DNA of 63,907 nucleotides, the filler included, from Chrysochromulina tobinii (lineage: Eukaryota), in assembly GCA_001275005.1 (NCBI GenBank). It is 11 parts of 11 records of this genome, joined end to end, with 100 filler letters (N's around TTAATTAATTAA, not from the genome) between each part and the next. Parts side by side here need not be neighbours in the genome. Positions count along the whole stretch, not along the records: positions 1 to 6,873 come from JWZX01000991.1; positions 6,974 to 17,034 come from JWZX01000994.1; 9 more parts are not named here. One strand, 5' to 3'. The number at the start of each line of letters is the position of its first letter. Position 1 is the stretch's first letter. The notes beneath the pieces are model-generated. The model saw only the letters and a list, made by a program, of their open reading frames with translations, was not told the DNA's origin and did not search any database. The position numbers were made by a program, and so were the translations under genes. This document shows, in pieces, positions 1 to 8,594 of the stretch.

Positions 1-2
1 TG

Positions 3-875
3 CATGAGCTGATGCATGGGCATGCCTTCAGAGGCCTGCGCAGGCACGTGACATGGGCAGACTCGCTGCTCGCGATCGCAACGGACGTAACATCCGGCAT
101 GACCTTCCTTCACTACCACAACGTCATCCACCGCGACCTCAAGCCGCTCAACGTGCTCATGAGCGACGGATGGACGGCCAAGGTGGCCGACTTTGGCGAG
201 GTGAAACTCATCAAAGGAGGGGGCGACGCCGGCGTGCGAGCCGCTGTCAGCACCGCCAGCGGCGTCGCCGACGAAACCCATTTCAGGTCGGACTTCGGCA
301 GGTCGGGGGGCGTGCGCATTCATGGCACTCCGTCGTATGTGTCGCCTGAGGCGGCGAGCGTCGACATACCCAGTGCGCCACGGGTGGGCAAACCGACGGA
401 CGTGTGGAGCTTTGGGTGCTTGCTGGCGCATTGCGCAGCGCGCGCACCGCCCTACACGGACATTGAACTTGCTTCAGTGCACGATGTGATTCAGCAGCTG
501 CGGGATGGTCGTGCCAAGCCACTCTCGATGGTCGTTGAAGGTGACAACATGCCTGCGCTGCTTGTGGACATTGCACGGGAGTGTACACGCATAGTTCCCG
601 AGCAACGGCCCACGTTTGCCCAGCTCTCACAGCGCCTGTCGGCACCGAGCTTAGTCCGTGAGATTTGCTTCAAGGATGCGGTCATCGACGAGGATGAAGA
701 GGAAGACCTTGAGGCGCGCCGACCACTTGTGAGGCTCAGCGTACCGACGACGTTGATAAAGGAGCCCAGCGCTGTCGTGGGCAGCGCCAGTGGGGATGGC
801 CGACTCGCCAGCGGCTCAGTTGCCAGCATCTCGAAGCCGAAGTCCATGGACCATAATGCATGCGTCATATCATAA
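3..875 (+). CDS. TKL-type protein kinase, C-terminal part of catalytic domain (5'-partial)
   Basis: HRDLKPLNVL, KVADFG, GTPSYVSPE, DVWSFG and RPTF motifs; the frame is open back to the window edge. Confidence 0.9.
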   Translation, partial: HELMHGHAFRGLRRHVTWADSLLAIATDVTSGMTFLHYHNVIHRDLKPLNVLMSDGWTAKVADFGEVKLIKGGGDAGVRAAVSTASGVADETHFRSDFGRSGGVRIHGTPSYVSPEAASVDIPSAPRVGKPTDVWSFGCLLAHCAARAPPYTDIELASVHDVIQQLRDGRAKPLSMVVEGDNMPALLVDIARECTRIVPEQRPTFAQLSQRLSAPSLVREICFKDAVIDEDEEEDLEARRPLVRLSVPTTLIKEPSAVVGSASGDGRLASGSVASISKPKSMDHNACVIS

Positions 876-1594
876 TCCACTCGCCAACAGCGAAGCCGAA
901 GTTACGTTGCACATTGCCAATGGCAAGCCGTCATATTCGATTCGCGTCGATTCTGCACGTGTGTCCGCTGAGCGCCGGTCGCCGCTGTACGACGGTCGTG
1001 TTCGCGCTTTCTCGTGTATACGTAGTATGACGTGAGTGTGAGAGACTCGGAAAGTGCGTGTGGCGCTGTGCGCCGGTTTCTCCATGGGTTTCCTCGCGAC
1101 CAGGACCACCCGTACGACGCCTCGTATCGAACAGCCCGCATGTCTGACAGTTTTACTGTGACAGTAGTTAGTACGATAGTTTTTGGTAAGGACAATTGGT
1201 CTTCTCATTAGTTTTCGTTATTGCGTGCACGACGACCCCGTCGCGTGCTTACTGCTTTGCCGGTCGCGCGCATTTGCTGTGCGGTGATTGCTCTTGTCTT
1301 CGGTCGCCGTTGGGCGGGGAGCTCGTGCACACACGCGCGCTGCCCGGCCGCGCTCCCGCACCGCTTGGTTTTCATCTTACGAGCACTTTCACAGCAGCAC
1401 TCAAGATGTGCGTGGCGGCGCGCGCGGCGCATGCAGCATTCAGCAGACGGCGGTACGCGTAGCCCAGCAGTCTCTGCCGAATGGATCGATTGTATGCAAG
1501 GGCCCTTGTGCGCGCACCATGGCGCGCACCATGGCGCCGCTACGGCGGCACTGGGCAGAAAAGCCCAGAAAGTGAGGGGTTTGGCTGGTTGGAG

Positions 1595-3376
1595 TTACTC
1601 CCGCGCGGCCCAGAAGACTCGCGTCGTGTTTGCGGTGCCCAGTTCAACCTCCGTGAGCACCAGGGCCGATCCTACGACGGAGTAATGCACTGTTCCCGCC
1701 TGATCATTGCCGTCGACGAATTCAGTAACGTCCTTGAGCCGGAAGCCAGCGGGCAGGGAGATCGTGATCCTCTGTACAGTGTGCGGGTGGAAGATCCAGT
1801 GTGCGCCCACGTGAGCTGCGCACGTGATATCAGAGTAGGTGTCTGCATTCATGTTGATCACGATGATCACGATGCCTGTCGGCGATTGAATGGCGACCGC
1901 CACTGACTGCTCCACGCCGTCTGAGGAGGTCAAGGCAGAGTCCATGACGTCGCCAACACGGAGCGCCTCTCGCACCGCGCGGAAGCTGCGGAGCAGCGCA
2001 GCGCCCGCCCGCCAGCCTGGCACGTCAGCGCGGCGCACGTCGCCCATGAAGAGCATGAGCCCCTTATTGCCCGCGGCGAAGACCGACGCAAGCGCACTGG
2101 TTTGCTCGCCCTCATTCAGCCCGTCCTTCAGAGTCCAGCAGTCCGCACACGACGACTGGCTATAACCCCACACGGGCAATGGCTTGTGGTTCTCCCGCGT
2201 CACCCGGAGGTAGTCGAACGTCCCTTGGATGCGCATGGGCGAGAGCGCGCCTGTCACGTGCGGCGCGCACTGGGCCACGTAATAGTCCATGCCCATGATG
2301 TCCGTGATGCCTGCAAATGTGCCCGTGTACTTGTTGACGTGACCACCCATGTAGGTGGCGAGCTCGGGGTAGTTGCGGCGACGGCGGAGGCTTTCGTTCA
2401 GCAGACGTGCGGTGTCGCTCCACGATTTGTCGCCCTCGTCGGAGATGAACAGCGCAGCGATGGCCGGGTAGTGCTCAGGCTTGAAGTAGTTCGGCTCTTG
2501 TAACGAGTGGGCTTCGTCCGGAAGCACAGTGTACCCGTTGGCAGCGGCCTGCTCCACGACTACGAGCGAGGAAACGCCGCACTCTTTCATGCGCAGGAAG
2601 CTACAATCGATTCCGAGCGCAGCCAGCGTGTCGAAGTTAGTCCGGTTGGACGCCGGAAACGGGCACTGGTCGTCCTTAGGCCAGTTCTCGAATGGAAAGA
2701 GCTCTTTGATATGCACGCCTCCCCATGCAAGGTCGGCGCCATCCACGATCGCGCGCACTGTCCACAGCTGCCCCTCTCGCTTGGGACTCGGTAGACTCAC
2801 CACCAGAACCTGGTGCTCGCCCGCCGCCAGAGTCAGGGGTGCGCCCAGCGCCTCCTGGCCATCGGCATGCAGCTGCGTGACCACGTGCGGGATCGCGTCG
2901 GCGTTCTGCAGGTGCACGACCAGCTCGCGGAAGGCCTTCTGCGTCGCCACATACGTCAGCGTCACCGCGTGCGGGCTAGGTACACGCACGGCGGCGGCGG
3001 CAACCGTGGCTCCGCTCGCGTCACGCACCTCGAGCTGGCCGAGGCCGGCCATGAAGGCTTCCGCGCGTGAGTGCAGCGCGACCCACACCAGCCGTGCGCC
3101 CGCGTCCGCCTCCACGCGCGCCCAGTCCACATCCGCAGGTAGCCGGAGCGTTGGGTAGTCGAGCGTAGCAGCTTCACCATTGAGCAGGAGATTGAATGGC
3201 CACGTCGAGGATGTGGCGTTGTCCAGGAACGGAAGAAGAAAATGTACACGCCCGCCCGTCGTCGGGTTCGGAGCAAAGTCCTCGACGTACAGCTTGGGGT
3301 CCAAATACGCGTCCTTGCGGAACGACGCTGCGAACCACGCCTGCACGCTCTGGAGCGCCACGAACAGGGCGAGCAT
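1595..3376 (-). CDS. Secreted glycoside-hydrolase-like (TIM-barrel) protein
   Basis: ATG at 3376 begins a signal-peptide-like MLALFVALQSVQA; 593-aa intronless ORF; SDEGD, DIMGMDYY, VWGYSQ and GNKGLMLF spacing resembles clan-A GH-like barrels; family not assignable. Confidence 0.55.
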   Translation of the reverse strand: MLALFVALQSVQAWFAASFRKDAYLDPKLYVEDFAPNPTTGGRVHFLLPFLDNATSSTWPFNLLLNGEAATLDYPTLRLPADVDWARVEADAGARLVWVALHSRAEAFMAGLGQLEVRDASGATVAAAAVRVPSPHAVTLTYVATQKAFRELVVHLQNADAIPHVVTQLHADGQEALGAPLTLAAGEHQVLVVSLPSPKREGQLWTVRAIVDGADLAWGGVHIKELFPFENWPKDDQCPFPASNRTNFDTLAALGIDCSFLRMKECGVSSLVVVEQAAANGYTVLPDEAHSLQEPNYFKPEHYPAIAALFISDEGDKSWSDTARLLNESLRRRRNYPELATYMGGHVNKYTGTFAGITDIMGMDYYVAQCAPHVTGALSPMRIQGTFDYLRVTRENHKPLPVWGYSQSSCADCWTLKDGLNEGEQTSALASVFAAGNKGLMLFMGDVRRADVPGWRAGAALLRSFRAVREALRVGDVMDSALTSSDGVEQSVAVAIQSPTGIVIIVINMNADTYSDITCAAHVGAHWIFHPHTVQRITISLPAGFRLKDVTEFVDGNDQAGTVHYSVVGSALVLTEVELGTANTTRVFWAARE

Positions 3377-3783
3377 CAAGAATCCAGCACCGACTCGACA
3401 GTCACTATGCCGTCGTCCGCGGTCTTGACGCGGCACACCGCCGGAGACACCGAGGCTCGTCAACATTCAAATCCAAATTTAGGTCATTTCCATGTCGTTG
3501 TTGTCGGGTTCCAACCTGTTACAATTGTACAAGTCGTGTAGTTTCGGGTACATTGTAATGTCTAGTTGCGAAATACAGATCTGTTCAAAGACACCGGGGG
3601 GGAGCCGTCTGTAGTACAGTGAGTTTTAGTCGCATTATCATGATTGGTTTCGAACGAAGCTCGGAACGCAAGTTGAGCCCGGTTGTGAGCAAGGTGACTT
3701 GACTTGACTTGTCTTGACTTGCTCTGTGAGCTCGGGCTCTCACCTTGCGAGCGCGGCACTCTCTCTTCTGTACCGGTGCCCTC

Positions 3784-4917
3784 ATGCAAGCGCTCGAGGA
3801 GCGGTCGGAGCGCACGATTGCGGCTGCCCCTGCGAGCAAACCCGCGCCGCTGCCGGCGGCGGCCGCGGCCGCGCTGCCGCCGCGGCGCCGTTTCGTGTTG
3901 AGCGCCCCCGCGGCGCCCGAGGTGCGCGGCGCCCCCACCTTCCCCCTCGACAGCCCCGAGCAGTGGGTGCGCGCCTTCAGCAGCGACGAAATGTTCGGCA
4001 GCGACTTCAAGCAACTGCGAGCCTCCTTTGATGCTGCGGCGGTGCCCGTGACGCACGCGGGGTTCATCCGCTACCTGCACGCGTGCTGGGCGGCGGAGCG
4101 CGGCGCCGTGCTGCGCCCCGACATGGTGTGGCACACGCTCGTCAACGAGGTGGCGTCAGCCGTCCTCGCGGACCCGGCTGCGTACCGCGACCTGTTCACA
4201 AAGGCCGCCACGGGGAAGACGGAAATCGTCATCGTAACGCGCGACGACCTGGACGTGGGAGAACTCGTGGCGGCAATGCGCACCCAAATCGGCGATCCCG
4301 CCTTCGCGGCGCTCCTGTGCGACACGCGCTTCGCGTCCGAGGCGCCCGGCGCGCACACCGCGACGCTGCTCGCCTTCGCGGAGGCTGGCACGCCGTACTT
4401 CGACTACATCACGACAAGGTGCGGCATCCCGTCCGTGGACGTCGTGGGGAGCCGCGACGAGTGGGTCGCGCTGCTCGCCGCGGTGCGCGGCTTGCAGAGG
4501 TACGTCCCCAGCGGCGGCAAGTGGCTCGGCGCCGCCGTGCGCGCCGTGGACGCCATCCTGCACTGGGCCTTCGCGGAGCCGGACACGGACGGCGGCGACT
4601 ACGCGGACGCGGCCGCCTTCTTCGCGGACACCTTCCATTACGGGGCCAACCCCATGTGCGGGTCGGGCCATGAGCCACGCCTCGTGTGCGGGTGGGCGCG
4701 CGGGCTGTACGCTTGCTGGGAGGAGGACCTGGACCGCTTCCCGTCGCACGTGCGTCAGATGCCGTACAAAGACCGCGACACCGGGCGCATGTACGTGCAG
4801 GCCGGCGGCCTTGCATACAGCGAAGCGACGGCCGATGGGGCTTTTGAGCCCGGCTACGGCTTCGTTACGTACGAGGTGATGGACAAGGGCACGTTCAAGC
4901 GGCTCGCAAAGGAGTAA
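3784..4917 (+). CDS. DUF4419 domain protein
   Basis: VLRPDMVWHTL...YRDLF and YFDY...CGIPSVDVVGSRDEW match the DUF4419 pattern; first ATG at 3784. Confidence 0.8.
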   Translation: MQALEERSERTIAAAPASKPAPLPAAAAAALPPRRRFVLSAPAAPEVRGAPTFPLDSPEQWVRAFSSDEMFGSDFKQLRASFDAAAVPVTHAGFIRYLHACWAAERGAVLRPDMVWHTLVNEVASAVLADPAAYRDLFTKAATGKTEIVIVTRDDLDVGELVAAMRTQIGDPAFAALLCDTRFASEAPGAHTATLLAFAEAGTPYFDYITTRCGIPSVDVVGSRDEWVALLAAVRGLQRYVPSGGKWLGAAVRAVDAILHWAFAEPDTDGGDYADAAAFFADTFHYGANPMCGSGHEPRLVCGWARGLYACWEEDLDRFPSHVRQMPYKDRDTGRMYVQAGGLAYSEATADGAFEPGYGFVTYEVMDKGTFKRLAKE

Positions 4918-5556
4918 GCGCCCCCCCCCCCCCGCCCCCGCGCGCGCTCATATGCATGCAACATTCACGATGGGGTAATGCTCGCGTTCGCTGTGGATCG
5001 CAGACCCGGTGCCGATCTCGATCCATTTGAGTAGCGACTGACTCAATTCACTGACTTCGACTGTGACAGCGTCTGCTTCGACCCCTTGGCTTCGACGTGA
5101 AGCGCGGTCGGGTTGGGGGGGGTCCGGGTCCTTGTAATCCCCGCCGGTGTGTTAGTCGCACCGCAGCGCGCAACACGGGGCAGAACGCGACGTCGCGACC
5201 AGACTGCGTGGCGGGTGTTTAGTGCCCGAGGCGGTGTGCGCTTGCGTGTGTCGTTCTGATCTGTGCCGTAAACTTGTTTTGCCGTTATGAGCTGACCTTT
5301 TCGCATTCACAGTATTCATCCATGAACAGCGCGCGGCGCGTTGTGTTGAACAGCAGCAGCATGAACAGGATTCGTTCTCATCTCCGAGCAGTGGCGAGGA
5401 CTGCCGCGCGATGTACGCGAGGCGACCCTTGCGCTCTACGATGATGCGTGTTTTCTGTACGAGACGGAACATGGGCTCGCCGACGGCGCCCCACGGCATG
5501 GGGGTGGCTTTGACTTTACCAGGCTGCGCTCGAAGTGCGGGTATTTCCAAGGGTGC

Positions 5557-6873
5557 ATGCTTTCCACCGAGAAAGCCAAGATCTTTATGGCCAGCCTTGT
5601 CGAGGCCATCGATACGATGGTCAGCAATGGGGGCGTGCGCATGTGGAATGGCACACATGGCGGCGGCCGTCGGCACCAGAGCATCCTGTGTGCAGACGAC
5701 TTCCTCGGGTGCGTGACGAGCTGGGCGGCCGCTGCCGTCGTCATCTCGATCTTGGACGAGTGGGCTGCCGTCTCAGCCAGCCAATTCGGCATCACCGATG
5801 ACGCGTCGAAGACGACGTATGCCGCAGTCACCTTCGATGGCTCGGGCATGCCCTCCGAAGCTCCTGCCCCGCCGTGGTTTCTCGCGGCGGCGTTCATCGG
5901 CGGGCGTCCCATCCCTCGGCTCGCCTACGACGCCGTATACACGCACGTCGGCGACCGGCGCAAGCTCAGTGGAGATCAGCGCCCGACGCAGAGCAAACAG
6001 GTAGGGCTGTGCATGGCGTGGCTCAAGCACGTGGAGCAGATGGTGCGATGCAGCCCACGTGAGTACGAGCGTGTCACCCATGCCGGGCTGTCTGCGGTCA
6101 TCGAGGCGTATGCGCCGTTTGGGCCGATGTCCGACGCACAGTCGGAGACGGTCGAGAAGACGCGACGCGCTATCTACGGCAGGCGCTTTCGCGGCCTTGT
6201 GTCGAGAAACTGCGTTGACCGCTATCTTCCTGACGTATGGCACGCCGCCCCGAAATTCGGGCTCCTCACCGAGGGACTCACGGAGGCCCGTCGAGTCGGA
6301 GACGGATGGTTCCACTGCGCCTCCCTCACCGCCGCCAGCGTCCACGCCGCCATCTCCGCCGCCCTCTCCGACGGCATCGACAGCCAGCTGCGCTTTTGCG
6401 CGCGCTCGCTGCTTTCGCTCACGTGCTTTCTATGGGGCAGTCTCGGCGCCCACCCTGCCGAGTGGTCATGGGTACATCTGGAGGAGCTTCTCGCCAGCGG
6501 CGACGCCACCCTCGGCTCATCCCCGGTGGGCCGCGTCTTCCCCACCGAGATGTACATGAAGCACGTCGCCCTGCTCCGCCGCCTTGCCGCAGCCGCGGAC
6601 GAGGATCGGGCTCCGACGTTCAACTTCATTCTCGAGCACGACCCGCCCAAGGGCGACCCGTTTGACCGCGCCTCGGTGATCTACAGCTCTCTTACGCTGT
6701 ACGCGCTCGCCCACTCCTCGCAGCCCATCTCGGTGAGCACCGCGCCGAGAGAGTGCGGGCCGGTGGCCTCGTACGCTCGGCTGCCAAGAAGCCTGACGCG
6801 GTCGTCGCGCAGCGCCATCACCAGGCTGCGCTGCTGGTCATTGAGTTTGGCGTGCCGAAGGAACTCGAAGCAG
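5557..6873 (+). CDS. Hypothetical protein (3'-partial)
   Basis: Long ORF with no recognised motif, running to the contig end; its last ~190 nt overlap a plausible minus-strand frame. Confidence 0.4.
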
Positions 6874-6973
6874 NNNNNNNNNNNNNNNNNNNNNNNNNNN
6901 NNNNNNNNNNNNNNNNNTTAATTAATTAANNNNNNNNNNNNNNNNNNNNNNNNNNNNNNNNNNNNNNNNNNNN
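6874..6973. other. Artificial contig linker (also at 17035-17134, 23219-23318, 29268-29367, 32829-32928, 52064-52163, 55283-55382, 57252-57351, 60466-60565, 62354-62453)
   Basis: Identical 44N-TTAATTAATTAA-44N spacer, with stops in all six frames, occurs ten times. Confidence 0.99.
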
Positions 6974-6974
6974 C

Positions 6975-7382
6975 CCGCCCCGGCCTCCACCCCCGCCCCC
7001 TCGTCCTCCGCCACCACTGCTCCTCATAGAGCCGCCTCACGGCGAGCGGCCAGACGACGGACCGCACGGCGGTGCGCCGCCAGATGGTGGACAGCACGGC
7101 GGTGCGCCGCCAGATGGTGGACAGCACGGCGGTGCGCCGCCAGACGACGGACCGCACGGTGAGCCTCCTCACGGCGAACCCCCTCACGGCGAACCTAACC
7201 ACCAAGATGAGCCTCCTCACGGTGAGCCTCCTCACGGCGAACCCCCTCATGGCGAACCTAATCACCAAGATGAGCCTCCTCACGGTGAGCCTCCTCACGG
7301 CGAACCCCCTCATGGCGAACCTAATCACCAAGATGAGCCTCCTCACGGTGAGCCTCCTCACGGCGAGCCTCACTTAGGGTGA
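6975..7382 (+). CDS. Pro/His/Gly/Glu-rich repeat protein C-terminus (PPHGE repeats; 5'-partial, not in ORF track)
   Basis: Open frame reads ...EPPHGERPDDGPHGGAPPDGGQHGG...(EPPHG)n..NHQD..HLG*; differences among the PPHGE units fall at third codon positions (ggt/ggc, gag/gaa, cac/cat, aac/aat) in this frame. Confidence 0.65.
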   Translation, partial: PPRPPPPPPRPPPPLLLIEPPHGERPDDGPHGGAPPDGGQHGGAPPDGGQHGGAPPDDGPHGEPPHGEPPHGEPNHQDEPPHGEPPHGEPPHGEPNHQDEPPHGEPPHGEPPHGEPNHQDEPPHGEPPHGEPHLG

Positions 7383-7776
7383 TCAGTGAACACGCTGACG
7401 CGGTAGGGCACTGGGTAGTGTCCGGTATGCGGTAGTATGGTGTGTTATCCCGCGGGTCGCCCGGGTATATCATTCGGAGGTGGATTATTATTCATATCGA
7501 CGTATACGCGCGGCGCGGCGGTCCACACGGCGGCATGTGCACGGCGGTCGCGTCGGGCTTCCAAGTTCCATCGGCTCTCAGGTCCTAACCCGGGTTGGAG
7601 AGCTGGCCGGGTCAATCCCGGGTCCCGCTGGAGGTCATCCCGAGCTTGGAGCTACCACACCGGTCCGGACAGGCGTACTGTAGTGCGCCCCTCTCTACCT
7701 CTCGCGTCAGTTCAAGGGTCGCATAGTCACGCATCGCGCCAATACCGCCGTTCCTTCCGAGTCCATCCTTCAATGT

Positions 7777-8377
7777 TCAATCGCCGCACATGAGGCTCAT
7801 CCGCGTCTCAACCCCTGTCTTGGGGTTCTCGCCCTTGGCAATGCTACACAGGTACGTGCGCTGGTCCTTGCGTAGCTGCGCGTCCGTCCAGTCGGTGTTC
7901 TCGATGCTCTTGACGGGGCCTCGGGGCCCCGTTGATCACCGCGCCGGTCCAGTACGACTCGGAGAGGTCGGCATTCGTCAGGTCCGCACCCGTCAGATCG
8001 GCCATTTCCATGTTGACCTGAGCCATGTCCGCGTCCTTGAAATTGGAATTCGACAGGTCTGCATCGAAGAAGGAGGCCGTCTTCAGGTTGGCCTTCTGAA
8101 AGTTAGCACTGCGCACGACTGACTGTTGGAATGCCACGCCGGCGAGATTCTCGCCCATCCAGTCGGTATTATCGAGGTTGACACCGCGCGTGATGGTGAT
8201 GCGTCGACCCGACTGCAGCGTCGACGCACCGCCGCCCTGGATCTTGCTATTCTCAGCACGCTCCGCACCGGCGCCCTCGACGGCTGCAAACGCGGGCGGA
8301 GCGATCGACAATGAGACGCTGAGCAGCGCAGCCGCCACGGCCTGAGTTGCACTGAGTGGGAGCGATGGAAGCCGCAT
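7777..8377 (-). CDS. Thylakoid-lumen pentapeptide-repeat protein (frameshift or collapsed intron near 7915-7930)
   Basis: Hydrophobic leader ending APPAFA, then A(D/N)(L/F)xx pentapeptides; the conserved tail SIENTDWTDAQLRKDQRTYLCSIAKGENPKTGVETRMSLMC lies in a different frame and stops at 7777. Confidence 0.85.
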
Positions 8378-8594
8378 GCGATCCAGGAGAGGGGTCTCGA
8401 CAGGGTCGGTTAGGAACGCAACAAGGCGCAGCCGAGAGGCTCGTCGCGCTCGGCCGTCGACGCGGGTGGCGGCACGAGCGCCAGACAAGTCAAGTCAAGT
8501 CTGGTCCCGAGCGTGGGATCGATTCTGACAATGTGAGTGTTTGGAGGCACCGGCCCTGGAGAAGAAAGGGTGGAGGAGTTTTCCGAGAACCTTC

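Noticed and set aside
6680..6873. Protein-like minus-strand frame (CFEFLRHAKLNDQQRSLV...) overlapping ORF 5557
   Set aside because: Too short and at a contig edge; could be a convergent gene end or another inversion chimera, and this cannot be decided
6874..6973. TTAATTAATTAA palindrome recurring ten times
   Set aside because: Artificial linker embedded in N runs; ORFs ending in XXX-LIN are artefacts, and gene neighbourhoods across linkers are meaningless
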